Assembly (NCBI GenBank): GCA_051382335.1
Contig: JBBCAX010000090.1
Location: 2,075-66,074, forward strand
Direction of reading: 5' to 3'
DNA from: Deltaproteobacteria bacterium TL4
GTDB lineage: Bacteria > SAR324 > NAC60-12
Length of the DNA: 64,000 nucleotides
Part shown: positions 20,596 to 30,950 of the stretch, one piece after another
Layout: each line of letters begins with the position of its first letter
How positions within the stretch are numbered: position 1 is the stretch's first letter
The notes under the pieces: model-generated
Database searches by the model: none
Seen by the model: the letters and a program-made list of their open reading frames with translations, nothing else
Told to the model about the DNA's origin: nothing
Program-made: the position numbers and the translations under genes

Positions 20596-22389
20596 TTAAG
20601 AATGATTATAGTTTGGCGGAATTAAAGGGAGGTGAACGGAGAAGGTACTTCCTTTTCCAGTAGCACTTTGGACGGAGACACGCCCGCCGTGAATTTGAGC
20701 AATGTGTTTGACAATGGAAAGTCCCAACCCTGTTCCTCCAATTTTGCGGCTTCGGGATTTATCGACCCTGTAAAAGCGTTCAAACAGACGGTCCAGATGT
20801 TCTTTTGCAATACCACAACCTTGATCACGAACGTGGACAGAAAATTCGAGATCGTTGGCTACCGCCGATACCAAAATCGGTGACCGGGTTTGGCTATATT
20901 TAACCGCGTTATCAATCAGGTTGATGATCGCGCTTTCGAATATGGAAGGGGCGACACAAACCCTAAGGGCAGGATTGCACTCCATTTGAATCTCGATGCC
21001 TTTTTCAGCGGCATTGACGGAACATTCCTGAATCGCCTTTTGCAGGAGTTCCCGCAGGTCAACCTGTGCAAACAAAATATTCGAAAGGTCTTCGGATTTT
21101 TCAAACCGGGAAAGGTTCAGCAAGTCTTCAATTATAGCGATCAGCCGATCCGTGTGTCTGTCGATAATGTCAACAAAACGTTTAGCTTCGGCTGGATGAT
21201 TGAGGGCATCGTCAATTAAGGCTTCTACCGCGCCTTTGATGGAGGTAATGGGGGTTTTCAATTCATGGGAGACATTGGAGACAAAATCCTTTCGCATGTT
21301 TTCCAGTTGTCGAATTCGGGTTACATCGTTTAATACAATTAACGCTCCAATGTTCTGCTGTTCCGCACTTCGAAGAACGGTTCCCTGCGCCTGTAGATGG
21401 ATTTCTTCTTCTTTATGAATCACCACCTCTCCTTCAACAGGAAGATGGCTCTGCAGTACGGTTTTGGCAAAGTCCTGCAAGTCAACATTCCGAATCACTT
21501 CTTGTAAATAACGACCCACGATGGCGTTTTCAGAAATCCCAAAAAGCTGGGCGGCCGCATGGTTGATTTTTATCAGACGTTCATGGGGGTCAAGGGCTAG
21601 AACACTTTCAACCATACTGGAAAACACCGCTTCTTGTTCGTTGTGTTGCTGGCTGATGGTGTTGATTCTGTCATCCAGCAGTGTTGCCATTTGGTTCAAG
21701 GTTTGCGCAAGACTTTTCATTTCTTCAACTTCAGGGATTTTTAACCAATGTTTTAAATCTCCTTGCGCAAATAACTCAGCGCCTTGCTTCATCTCTTCCA
21801 AAGGACGGCTGATGGAGCGTGAAATCCAGAAACTAAAAATCGTGACAAGAAGGATGGTGACTAAGCCTCCCAGCAGAAATTCAGGAAAAATCCCGCCTAA
21901 GGCGGTATCAATTCTCGTTAGCGGAATCGAAACACGGACGACACCCATCAATTGATTTTCTTTTTTACTTGAAATCGCGACGTACATCATCGGCTTTTGG
22001 AGCGTGTCACTATACCGAATCGTACTTCCGATCAACCCCTTAAACGCTTCCTGGATCTCAGGCCGATTAGCGTGATTTTCCATGTGGGACGCAATTTCGT
22101 CGGAATCGCCAAGCACTTCGCCTGAAGGAAGAATCGTCGTGATCCGTGTTGCTGTGCGCCTCCCCAGTTCTTGGCATAAGGCATTGATTGCCACTTTGTT
22201 GTGGAAAAGGGATTCCCGCGAAATTTGATATTCTATGAAGGTGGCTCTTGCGAGTAAGTCGTTTTTGATTTGTACCAAATCAAACTCTCGAAAGGAGTGG
22301 GCAACATACCAGCTAAAGGGTAAAATGGTCAGGAGGATGATAAAAAGGTAAGAAGGATAAAGCTGCCAAATTAAACGTTTTCCCCGCAT
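20596..22389 (-). CDS. phoR: Phosphate regulon sensor histidine kinase
   Basis: TM-HAMP-PAS-HisKA (DFVSNVSHELKTP)-HATPase (FERFYRVDKSRSR, GTGLGLSIV); downstream of phoB and the pst genes. Confidence 0.92.
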   Translation of the reverse strand: MRGKRLIWQLYPSYLFIILLTILPFSWYVAHSFREFDLVQIKNDLLARATFIEYQISRESLFHNKVAINALCQELGRRTATRITTILPSGEVLGDSDEIASHMENHANRPEIQEAFKGLIGSTIRYSDTLQKPMMYVAISSKKENQLMGVVRVSIPLTRIDTALGGIFPEFLLGGLVTILLVTIFSFWISRSISRPLEEMKQGAELFAQGDLKHWLKIPEVEEMKSLAQTLNQMATLLDDRINTISQQHNEQEAVFSSMVESVLALDPHERLIKINHAAAQLFGISENAIVGRYLQEVIRNVDLQDFAKTVLQSHLPVEGEVVIHKEEEIHLQAQGTVLRSAEQQNIGALIVLNDVTRIRQLENMRKDFVSNVSHELKTPITSIKGAVEALIDDALNHPAEAKRFVDIIDRHTDRLIAIIEDLLNLSRFEKSEDLSNILFAQVDLRELLQKAIQECSVNAAEKGIEIQMECNPALRVCVAPSIFESAIINLIDNAVKYSQTRSPILVSAVANDLEFSVHVRDQGCGIAKEHLDRLFERFYRVDKSRSRKIGGTGLGLSIVKHIAQIHGGRVSVQSATGKGSTFSVHLPLIPPNYNHS

Positions 22390-22392
22390 GAT

Positions 22393-23082
22393 TTAATCCT
22401 TAAACCGGTAACCAACACCGCGTATCGTTTCAATATAGTTCCCCGCCTCTCCCAATTTTTTACGAATTGCCAAAATTTGAACATCAATGGTACGGTCTGT
22501 GACGGCATAAGCCTCACCACGGGTGGCATTGACAATCTGATAACGACTGAATACCTGCCCGGGAGAACTGGATAAAAAATATAAAATATTAAACTCTGAC
22601 AGTGTCAACTTAATCGGTTCTTGTTTATACTGAACCTCATAACGCTGGGGGTCCATCAATAAATCATGAATCTGAACCAGTGCGGATTTGTCGAGGAGAG
22701 GTGTCGGCTGTTTATGTTGCAATACGGATTTGATTCGGGCAATCAAGACTTTGGAACTGAAGGGTTTGGTGACATAATCCACGGCTCCCTCTTCAAACCC
22801 CTTGAGGATATCCGCCTCTTCGTCTTTGGCGGTAAGCATGATAACGGGGATCTTTTGTGTCTTGGAATCCTCTTTCATTTTCCGACAGACGTCCATTCCA
22901 CTCATACCGGGAAGCATCAAGTCCAAGATGAGCAAATGCGGCATTTGTGCCTGGATTTCTTCCAACGCTTCCTCTCCCGAGGTGACACACGTTACTTTAA
23001 ATCCAGCCTTTGCCAAGTGGTAAACCAGGACTTCCAGTATATCTTCTTCATCTTCAACAACAAGAATATGTTCTCTGGACAT
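22393..23082 (-). CDS. phoB: OmpR/PhoB-family response regulator
   Basis: Receiver domain plus winged helix (RTIDVQI..IRKKLG, IETIRGVGYRF); pst context. Confidence 0.9.
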   Translation of the reverse strand: MSREHILVVEDEEDILEVLVYHLAKAGFKVTCVTSGEEALEEIQAQMPHLLILDLMLPGMSGMDVCRKMKEDSKTQKIPVIMLTAKDEEADILKGFEEGAVDYVTKPFSSKVLIARIKSVLQHKQPTPLLDKSALVQIHDLLMDPQRYEVQYKQEPIKLTLSEFNILYFLSSSPGQVFSRYQIVNATRGEAYAVTDRTIDVQILAIRKKLGEAGNYIETIRGVGYRFKD

Positions 23083-23113
23083 GTTTCCACCTTTTCTATA
23101 GATTAATTACGTC

Positions 23114-23800
23114 TCAGCCAACATCGCGCAAAACAAGCTCAGGTCTGAAATTCTGATGTCGAACAACGGCTCCTTCCAGCAGGAATATTACATTTTCAGC
23201 GATTTTTTTGGCATGGTCCCCGATGCGCTCAAGGTAGCTAGTAATCGACAGTAAATCAAGCATGATTTCCAGACGCTGAGGGTTTTGCTGAATATGCTGT
23301 TTAATTTCCGCATAGAGGGTTTCATTCATTTCATCGACCTCTTCTTCGAGAAATAACGTCTTTTTCGCAAGTTCCAGGTTGGGTCCCATCAAGGCGTCCA
23401 AACTGATTTTGACCATCAAGCGTACTTTCGTAATAATTTCATCAAGATTGAAAGGAATTGAAGCGTTTCTATTGAGAATCATATGAATTACTCGTTCCGC
23501 GATATTCGCCGCTAAATCTCCAATTTGTTCCAATTCACTGTTGACTTTGAGGATGGTCACAATAAACCGAAGATTTGTTGAGGAAGGCTGATGGCGTGCG
23601 ATGATTCTCACGCATTGGGCCTCAATCTCGATTTCGGTATGATCAATTATTTTTTCGCGTAGCAGCACGTCTTCAGCAAGTTTCCTGTTTTGGGTATCCA
23701 GCGCATAGGTGGCTTTGTAGACGCTTTCCTCCACTACGGCACTTAATTCCAATACTTGTTTTTTTAACTCGTCAATATTGTCGCCTAGCGTTTGAATCAT
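23114..23800 (-). CDS. phoU: Phosphate signalling protein PhoU
   Basis: ELEQIGDLAANIAE and YLERIGDHAKKIAE motifs. Confidence 0.92.
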   Translation of the reverse strand: MIQTLGDNIDELKKQVLELSAVVEESVYKATYALDTQNRKLAEDVLLREKIIDHTEIEIEAQCVRIIARHQPSSTNLRFIVTILKVNSELEQIGDLAANIAERVIHMILNRNASIPFNLDEIITKVRLMVKISLDALMGPNLELAKKTLFLEEEVDEMNETLYAEIKQHIQQNPQRLEIMLDLLSITSYLERIGDHAKKIAENVIFLLEGAVVRHQNFRPELVLRDVG

Positions 23801-23873
23801 GCGATCTCCATAGTATCAGGGGGCAAAGGGAGAGGACGGCATACGTTTGCGCTCATTCCCTCCCTTAGGATCA

Positions 23874-24671
23874 TCATCCGTAGCGTCCTTCAATGTAGTT
23901 TGACGTTTCTTGATATGCCGGTGTGACAAATATTTTTTCGGTCAGGTCATGCTCCACCAGTTTTCCCATCAACATAAACGCGCACTCATCACTAGCGCGT
24001 CGGGCTTGCGCCATGTTGTGAGTCACAATGAGGATGGTGTATTCTCCTCGTAACTCCCAAATGAGTTCTTCTACCGCTTCTGTGCCTTTGGGGTCCAAGG
24101 CAGAGCACGGTTCATCCATCAGCAGAACACTTGGTTTGACCGGCAGCAAGCGGGCAATGCAGAGCTTTTGCTGTTCTTCCAAAGAGAGGTCGGTTGCTTT
24201 GCGTTTGAGCTGATCTTTGACTTTATCCCAAAGCAGCACCTGTTTTAAGGCGTCTTCTACAATTTGATCCTCCTCCTGATGCGTGACTTTTTGTGCTTTG
24301 AGTCGATGCAAACGGTGACTGAAGATAATGTTATCCCTGACGGAAATGGGTAAAGGATTAGGTCTTTGAAAGACCATCCCTACCTGTTTGCGTAACTGTG
24401 CCACGGCGACACCGGGGTCCAGAATATTTGAATCCATCACCTCAATACTTCCATTGACACGGACATATCCGAGTCGGTCATTGATGCGGTTGATACTGCG
24501 CAATAAGGTAGATTTCCCACAGCCTGAGGGGCCGATTAAGGAAGTAATGATGCCGCTTTTTACTTTAAACGTTACGTCAAATAAGGCTTGAAACGTCCCG
24601 TACCACAAATTAAAAGCGGTGGTAGTAATCCCATATTTTATTTTTTCTTTGCTTTCAGCAGAATTCATCAA
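23874..24671 (-). CDS. pstB: Phosphate ABC transporter ATPase
   Basis: GPSGCGKS, GMVFQRPNP, LLMDEPCSALDP, YIEGRYG; ABC signature degenerate (LSLEEQQ). Confidence 0.9.
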   Translation of the reverse strand: MMNSAESKEKIKYGITTTAFNLWYGTFQALFDVTFKVKSGIITSLIGPSGCGKSTLLRSINRINDRLGYVRVNGSIEVMDSNILDPGVAVAQLRKQVGMVFQRPNPLPISVRDNIIFSHRLHRLKAQKVTHQEEDQIVEDALKQVLLWDKVKDQLKRKATDLSLEEQQKLCIARLLPVKPSVLLMDEPCSALDPKGTEAVEELIWELRGEYTILIVTHNMAQARRASDECAFMLMGKLVEHDLTEKIFVTPAYQETSNYIEGRYG

Positions 24672-24729
24672 TCCTCTGGTTTTAAATTAGCGCGCTGCGT
24701 GCGGACTTTTTCGTGAGGGACGTTCTTTT

Positions 24730-25539
24730 TTACCCAAAACGTCCTTCAACATAATCTCGGGTTCGTTGATCTTTCACTTCCCCTGTAAATAAAGCTTCGG
24801 TCTCACCGACTTCAATAACCTCCCCATTTAGAAAAAAAGCGGTACGATCGGCCAAACGACGGGCTTGCTGTACCAGGTTTGTGACCAGAATGATGGTCAT
24901 TTCACTTTTCAATTCTTTAAGGATGTCTTCAATTCGCATGGTGGTGACAGGGTCAACCGCGATGGAAAACTCGTCAAGCATCAGCAGATCCGGTTTCTGA
25001 GACAAAGCCCTGGCAATGGTTAACCGTTGCTGCTGTCCTCCGGAAAGCATACTCCCCAGGGAGTTCAGGCGGTCTTTCACTTCGTCCCATAACGCGGCAC
25101 GTGTCAGACAGCGTTCGACAATGACATCCAACTCTGATTTTTTGCGGATCCCTACTAAACGGGGAGCCAGCGCGACGTTATCATAAACAGTCATGGGTAA
25201 ACCAACGGGTAGGGGAAAAACGACTCCAATCCGGTTACGCAGCGAATACACATTTCTCCATTGATGAATATTTTTTCCATTGAATAAAATGCTTCCATTC
25301 ACACGCATACCCTCTGTAAAAAGATCCATGCGGTTTAAAGATTTCAGAAATGAGGTTTTTCCACTATTGGCAGGACCAATAATCCCAAAAACCTCATTTT
25401 CATAGACCTCGATATTCACCTCACGGAGTATGGTCTTGACTCCATAGGCAATAGAGACCTCTCTGACTTCCAATTTAAGCTTTCGTTGTCCTTCTGATGC
25501 CCCTGTCATAGAATTTACCTTGTTCAAAGTGCTTACCAT
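24730..25539 (-). CDS. pstB: Second phosphate ABC transporter ATPase
   Basis: GPANSGKT, LSGGQQQR, MLDEF, YVEGRFG. Confidence 0.88.
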   Translation of the reverse strand: MVSTLNKVNSMTGASEGQRKLKLEVREVSIAYGVKTILREVNIEVYENEVFGIIGPANSGKTSFLKSLNRMDLFTEGMRVNGSILFNGKNIHQWRNVYSLRNRIGVVFPLPVGLPMTVYDNVALAPRLVGIRKKSELDVIVERCLTRAALWDEVKDRLNSLGSMLSGGQQQRLTIARALSQKPDLLMLDEFSIAVDPVTTMRIEDILKELKSEMTIILVTNLVQQARRLADRTAFFLNGEVIEVGETEALFTGEVKDQRTRDYVEGRFG

Positions 25540-26405
25540 TTTTTCTTACCCCGAATATAAGTCCGGAAGACAATTGATGTCACATTCATCGCCAAAACCA
25601 TCGCAATCAGAACGAGCGCGACCCCGAAGGGAAGCTGTTCCGGGACATTGGGAACCTGAGTCGCCACCACAAATAAATGCAGGGCCAAAGCCATGGTTTG
25701 ATCAAAAACACTCTCTGGCAAAAATGGTAAAAAGAACGCGGCTCCAGTAAACATGATCGGGGCGGTTTCGCCAGCGGTTCGGGAAACATTAAGAATAATT
25801 CCGGTTAAAATGCCACTGATTGAGTTGGGGAGCACTACCCTCCAAATGGTTTGCCATCGAGTCGCGCCCATACTCCAGCAAGCTTCACGAAAGGCTTGAG
25901 GAACCGCTTGGAGTGATTCAAAGGCCGCTACAATAACCACAGGCAGAGACATAATGGCCAAGGTTAAACTTGCCGATAAAATACTGGTGCCAAAGCCAAA
26001 AAAGAGGACAAAGGCGCCCACCCCAAACAAAGCATGCACAATCGAAGGAACTCCAGCCAAGTTAATAATGGCGAGGTTAATGATTCGTGTTAACCAATTA
26101 TCTCCAGCATATTCACTTAAGTAGATCGCGGCGGCAATCCCAAGAGGAACCGAGGCCAGAATCGCGACAGTCACCAACCAAACCGTCCCCATCAGCGCGG
26201 GAAAGATCCCTCCCGCCGTCATTCCATTGGTGGGGTAGGTGAATAAAAAGTCGAAGGATAGCGCGGGGCCTCCTTTGTAAATCAAGATAGTCATAATGAT
26301 TAACACCGGAATCATTAAAAACCAGGCCATTGCCATAAAGAGCATCCGAAATCGATTTTCGATTTTTTGATTGGCAAGATTTAATTCACTGGCTTCAAAC
26401 ATCAT
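25533..26405 (-). CDS. pstA: Phosphate ABC permease PstA
   Basis: AAIYLSEY, NLAGVPSIV, RTAGETAP. Confidence 0.93.
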   Translation of the reverse strand: MMFEASELNLANQKIENRFRMLFMAMAWFLMIPVLIIMTILIYKGGPALSFDFLFTYPTNGMTAGGIFPALMGTVWLVTVAILASVPLGIAAAIYLSEYAGDNWLTRIINLAIINLAGVPSIVHALFGVGAFVLFFGFGTSILSASLTLAIMSLPVVIVAAFESLQAVPQAFREACWSMGATRWQTIWRVVLPNSISGILTGIILNVSRTAGETAPIMFTGAAFFLPFLPESVFDQTMALALHLFVVATQVPNVPEQLPFGVALVLIAMVLAMNVTSIVFRTYIRGKKKW

Positions 26406-26410
26406 GGCGA

Positions 26411-27550
26411 TTACTCCTTACGTACGCCGCGAACAATCAAGTCCGCGGTAAGGTTAATCAGGAAGGTAATGATAAACAAGAAGATCCCCAGCGTGAACAA
26501 GGCTCGATAGTGATCCGAACCCACTGAGGTTTCTCCAAGTTCCGCCGCAATGGTGGCCGTCAACGCGCGAACGGAATCAAAAATGCTGGAAGGCATGTTG
26601 ATGGAGTGTCCTGTGGCCATTAATACTGCCATCGTTTCCCCAAAAGCTCGTCCCACTCCCAAAAGCACAGCGGCGATCAATCCGTTTTTTCCCGCAGGCA
26701 AAACCACCTTGTAAATCACTTGCCAGCGGGTGGCGCCCATGGCTTCCGCAGCTTCACGGTATTTGTCCGGAACCGCTTTTAACGCGTCTTCGGCAATGGT
26801 GGTCATAATGGGCGCCGCCATCAATCCCAGAATGATCCCCGCATTAAGAATGTTTAACCCAATCGGAACATTAAAGGTTTTAATGATGAAAGGATTCATG
26901 ATACTCAAACCAATAAATCCCCAGACCACCGAGGGGATGGCCGCCAGCATTTCAATCAGGATTTTTAAAGCTTCACGGGATTTGCCTGTCGCGAATTCTC
27001 CAATATAAATCGCGGCTCCCAGCGAGAAGGGAATCGCCACGATCATCGCCAGAATCGTCACACTTGCCGTTCCAACCAACAACGCCCACGAACCATAAGC
27101 GGGATTCCACCGGGAAGTCGGTTTCCACTTGGGCGAAAAGAAAAACTCTGAAAACTTGAAGGGCTGATGAAAGACTTCTTTCGCGATGAGGTCCTTATAT
27201 TGATCCGAATTTTCCTGGCCTATCACCTTTTCCAAAGCAAGCACAAAGGCTTCCTTGGTGGCATAAGAATCGCCTAACATCGTTTCCAGTCCCTCAAGAA
27301 CTTCTCCTGAAAAATCGCCTTTTTCAGTAAATATAGAGATGGCTTTAGCGTTGACCACATAATCAGCTTCGAAAATAAAACTGATCCCTTCTTTTGTGAT
27401 AAAAACAAAGATCCCGATAATGAATACAATGGCTGAAATCCCTCCAACAAAGACCATCAGTTGAACCAGCTTATCCAAGTACCAATCGAAATTCCGTTGA
27501 TCCATGTTGGAAGACCTCTCATCACCTGCTTGATTCGCATGATCCCTCAT
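26411..27550 (-). CDS. pstC: Phosphate ABC permease PstC (with a periplasmic insert)
   Basis: EMLAAIPSVVWG, GRAFGETMAV. Confidence 0.92.
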   Translation of the reverse strand: MRDHANQAGDERSSNMDQRNFDWYLDKLVQLMVFVGGISAIVFIIGIFVFITKEGISFIFEADYVVNAKAISIFTEKGDFSGEVLEGLETMLGDSYATKEAFVLALEKVIGQENSDQYKDLIAKEVFHQPFKFSEFFFSPKWKPTSRWNPAYGSWALLVGTASVTILAMIVAIPFSLGAAIYIGEFATGKSREALKILIEMLAAIPSVVWGFIGLSIMNPFIIKTFNVPIGLNILNAGIILGLMAAPIMTTIAEDALKAVPDKYREAAEAMGATRWQVIYKVVLPAGKNGLIAAVLLGVGRAFGETMAVLMATGHSINMPSSIFDSVRALTATIAAELGETSVGSDHYRALFTLGIFLFIITFLINLTADLIVRGVRKE

Positions 27551-28638
27551 GAAGCCTCCTTTCCCCGAATGATTTCCATTAAACTGTGAAGCTGATGAGA
27601 AATATCTTTGTACATGGTTTCAAGCACTTGATCTTTCTGGTTCTCAGGAACTTCTGACAAATTTTGATCCATATTCCATTCCAGCGCGATAGAGTGAAAG
27701 GGAAGCTCGGTAAGATAGGACAGAATCGGTCCTTGAAGACTCACAATCACATCAAAATCATCAAATTTCGAAATCAGGCTTAGAGCTTTGGGAATAGTCA
27801 ACTCTACGTTAAAACCGCTACGATCCATAAACGCGATAAACTTGGGGTCTAAGGAAGCCGCGGGCTTTATTCCGGCACTTGAAGCTCGGGTTGAGTTAGG
27901 AAACGCTTTTTGCGCGATACTTTCCGCAATCAAACTCTGACAGCTATTCGTCTGGTCCAAAAACAGAAAACGGATCGGCTTTCTTTTCTTCGTTTCTCCT
28001 GTCGAGACAAAGACGGTTTCTTCACAAATATTTCTAGACTGATCGCTAACTCTTGAAAGCACAGCGAAAATAGATAACAACCCGAAGAGATCCTTAAGCT
28101 CCCACGAGTTTTTAATATCGTCCCGGGTTAACTCCTTAAACACTTTCTCAAAGTTGCGTCCTGAACTTTTTTTCGCGAAATCGGAGATTGTTTTGGCGGT
28201 TTCCGCATTTTCTTCAACAAAGGCGGTGGTCGCCTGATGTAAAATTTGCCTTGCTTCCTCCGATATGAGTTCCACGTTTGAACTCAGGTCTTTGTCTAAA
28301 GGCTTTGAGAGCTGAACCGTTTGTCGAGAAATCGTAACGGCGTAATCTCCGACTCTTTCCAATTCAACACAGAACCGAAGAATCGCCGTGATCCGTCGGA
28401 GATGTCCCGCACTCGGCAGGTGTCTGGCGACAAACGCGTAGCAGGCCTGAGTGATGTCTTCAATTTCACGATTGATGATATTATCGCCAATGATCGTATC
28501 CGAGGCTAACTTGTGGTTTTTTATCAGTAGGGCATTGACCGCATTCCTTAAGGCTTCTTCAACGCGAACCGAAACGGCTGTTATTTTTTGACGAATCCTC
28601 GCCAAATCTTTTTCCAACCGTTCTTCATAATGAGCCAT
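27547..28638 (-). CDS. PhoU fused to an LMW-PTP/ArsC-like domain
   Basis: N-terminal PhoU (ELERVGDYAVTI); C-terminal RFLFLDQTNSCQSLIAE...ASSAGIKPA resembles the LMW-PTP/ArsC fold. Confidence 0.8.
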   Translation of the reverse strand: MAHYEERLEKDLARIRQKITAVSVRVEEALRNAVNALLIKNHKLASDTIIGDNIINREIEDITQACYAFVARHLPSAGHLRRITAILRFCVELERVGDYAVTISRQTVQLSKPLDKDLSSNVELISEEARQILHQATTAFVEENAETAKTISDFAKKSSGRNFEKVFKELTRDDIKNSWELKDLFGLLSIFAVLSRVSDQSRNICEETVFVSTGETKKRKPIRFLFLDQTNSCQSLIAESIAQKAFPNSTRASSAGIKPAASLDPKFIAFMDRSGFNVELTIPKALSLISKFDDFDVIVSLQGPILSYLTELPFHSIALEWNMDQNLSEVPENQKDQVLETMYKDISHQLHSLMEIIRGKEAS

Positions 28639-28758
28639 AGTCCATACTCCCTAGAACAATTAATCTCTTATAGGAATTTCCATTTTGATTCCTGGTTTTA
28701 AGCTTGGGAATGAGTCGGAAATGAGCCCTATTCCAGTGGCGCATTCTCGAGCAGACAA

Positions 28759-29634
28759 CTAATTACAATGAACCTCACGAATGGGAGCATACCCTTTTTT
28801 TAACAGGATGCATTGACCGATGTCACTAAGAATCCAATCCATATATTTTTTGACCTCGCCTTTAGGCTTCCCATTGGTGTACATCATGAGCGGACGGGCA
28901 ATAGGGTAACTGCCATCACTTGCGCTCGCGACCGAAGGATTGATACAATTCTGCCCACTTTTCTTGGCGATACAAAGCATCTTAACCCGTGGGGTCGCAT
29001 AAGCTAAACCGCTATAGCCAATAGCACAGGGGGTTTTTTCCACAAGGTCTACCACATCTTTGGACCCCTGCATGTCCAGAGAGCCTGATTTATAATCACG
29101 TCGTTCTCCAAGGACAGCTTCTCTGAAATAGGCATAGGTTCCGGAGTTGTTCTGACGACTGACTCGAATGATTTTCTGACCTTCACAGCCCTTCACGTTT
29201 TGGGTGATTTTTCCCCAGTTATCAAGGGTTCCATCTTCACCATAGATATCCGCGAGTTGATCAAGCGTTATGGACTGGAGAGGGTTATTGAGATTGATGA
29301 ACACGGAGACCGCGTCATAGCCAACCACAAACTCAAGAGGGTCATTTCCATTCTTTTTGGCTAACCTTATTTCTTTGTCCTCAATAGAACGACTGGCGTT
29401 AGCGATATCCACCGTTCCATTAATGAGCGCGGCAATTCCTGTCCCAGAACCCCCGCCTGTTACAGCAATTGCCACTTCACTATCCACTTTCTGATAGGCT
29501 TCCGCCCAGGCCTGCGCGACATTGACCAGCGTATCCGAACCTTTATTTTGTAGGACTTTTCTACTGGCATGAACGGATGACACCAAGATCATGAGACTGC
29601 CGAACAGTGTTACTAAAGCTAATAACCGCTTCAT
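28759..29634 (-). CDS. pstS: Phosphate-binding protein PstS
   Basis: Signal peptide, KGSDT, GGGSGTGIAAL, SRQNNSGTY, YPIARPL. Confidence 0.93.
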   Translation of the reverse strand: MKRLLALVTLFGSLMILVSSVHASRKVLQNKGSDTLVNVAQAWAEAYQKVDSEVAIAVTGGGSGTGIAALINGTVDIANASRSIEDKEIRLAKKNGNDPLEFVVGYDAVSVFINLNNPLQSITLDQLADIYGEDGTLDNWGKITQNVKGCEGQKIIRVSRQNNSGTYAYFREAVLGERRDYKSGSLDMQGSKDVVDLVEKTPCAIGYSGLAYATPRVKMLCIAKKSGQNCINPSVASASDGSYPIARPLMMYTNGKPKGEVKKYMDWILSDIGQCILLKKGYAPIREVHCN

Positions 29635-29722
29635 ATATTTCTCCAAATGTTAATGATTACTTTCATCGTGGAATATTAAAAATCCACAACCTAAAACGAA
29701 TACTTTTCAAGAAAGTAAACCA

Positions 29723-29777
29723 ATTCTAGCACTTGAATATGAAACGGTGATGAACGGAATATTAAAATTTGATGAAA
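29723..29777 (-). promoter_or_regulatory. Putative Pho box promoter of the pst-pho operon
   Basis: Minus strand: TTTCAT/TTTAAT/GTTCAT/TTTCAT at an exact 11-bp period (29777-29739), ending 10 nt upstream of a TAGAAT -10 box (29728-29723). Confidence 0.7.
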
Positions 29778-30187
29778 TATATGAAACTCTGAAACGTGAG
29801 TTATAAGATTTCACAACGTCTAAATTTGTGACCCTACTTTGAAGCAAGCGAAGGGACAAGCGGTTCAAAGATATTTATCGTGTTATTTTTATCGTTTCAT
29901 GGCACAATGCCCCGGTGATTTGTCAGTGACAATTCATTTTTTTACCTGAGTCTTCCCTCGTATGAGATGAGGCTTTACCTACGACAACGAGGTGGTTATG
30001 TTTATGAAACTTTTCCCTCCAACCAGAGCCCTTCTAAGAAGCTGGATACAGTCAAAAATTGAGATCCACGTCCAAACGACAGGAATGTCACAACCGAATA
30101 AGATCAAAGTGGTTGGGGATAATTACGATGATTGACGGTTCTTCGCCTTTCAAGACTTTTGACACAGGATACCCTTTGAGTTTTCTA

Positions 30188-30946
30188 ATGAAACAACGTA
30201 TTGATCTATTATTGGTTGAAAAGGGGCTGGTTCCCTCTCGAGAAAAAGCGCAGGCATTGATTATGGCGGGAAAGGTCCGTGTTGACAGTCAACTCGTGGA
30301 TAAAGTCGGGAAAAAAGTAGCCGTTGATGTTGAGATTGAAGTCCTTGAAAAAGATCACCCTTACGTAAGTCGTGGCGGCGTTAAACTGCAAGCGGCTTTA
30401 GAGGCGTTTCAACTGTCGCCGCAGGGAATGACGGTGCTGGATATTGGTGCCTCAACAGGAGGATTTACGCACTGCCTTTTACTGCAAGGTGCCCGACATG
30501 TGTATAGTGTTGACGTGGGGTATGGACAACTGGCCTGGGAACTTCAGCAACATCCCCAAGTGACATCGATTGAGCGGACAAATATTCGAAAAATGGAATT
30601 TGACCGCATCGGTACGTTAGTGGATCTGGTTGTTGTCGATGCCTCTTTCATTTCGTTACGATTGATATTTCCGGCAGTGTGGCGCTTTCTAAAACCGGAG
30701 GGCCGGGTTATCGCGCTCGTCAAACCTCAATTTGAAGCTGGGAAACGTGAAATTGGCAAAGGAGGTCGGGTAACCAGTAGTGACACGCACCTCAGAGTTC
30801 AACAGGATGTGACCGATGCCGCACAAACACAAGGTTTTGAAATACTGGGCTGGATCGAGTCTTCCATCGTTGGAAAAAAAAGTGGCAATAAAGAGTTTTT
30901 ATTATTATTAGGTAAACCTTCAAAAACCCAAGAGTTCCCCCATTAA
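30188..30946 (+). CDS. tlyA: TlyA-family rRNA methyltransferase/hemolysin
   Basis: S4 domain, YVSRGGVKL, DIGASTGGFT, LVKPQFEAG, GNKEF. Confidence 0.93.
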   Translation: MKQRIDLLLVEKGLVPSREKAQALIMAGKVRVDSQLVDKVGKKVAVDVEIEVLEKDHPYVSRGGVKLQAALEAFQLSPQGMTVLDIGASTGGFTHCLLLQGARHVYSVDVGYGQLAWELQQHPQVTSIERTNIRKMEFDRIGTLVDLVVVDASFISLRLIFPAVWRFLKPEGRVIALVKPQFEAGKREIGKGGRVTSSDTHLRVQQDVTDAAQTQGFEILGWIESSIVGKKSGNKEFLLLLGKPSKTQEFPH

Positions 30947-30950
30947 TTTT

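Noticed and set aside
30014-30120. CCCTCCAACCA...TGGTTGGGGA long-range pairing upstream of tlyA as 6S/SRP RNA
   Set aside because: No SRP or 6S consensus recognised; a single short helix is insufficient
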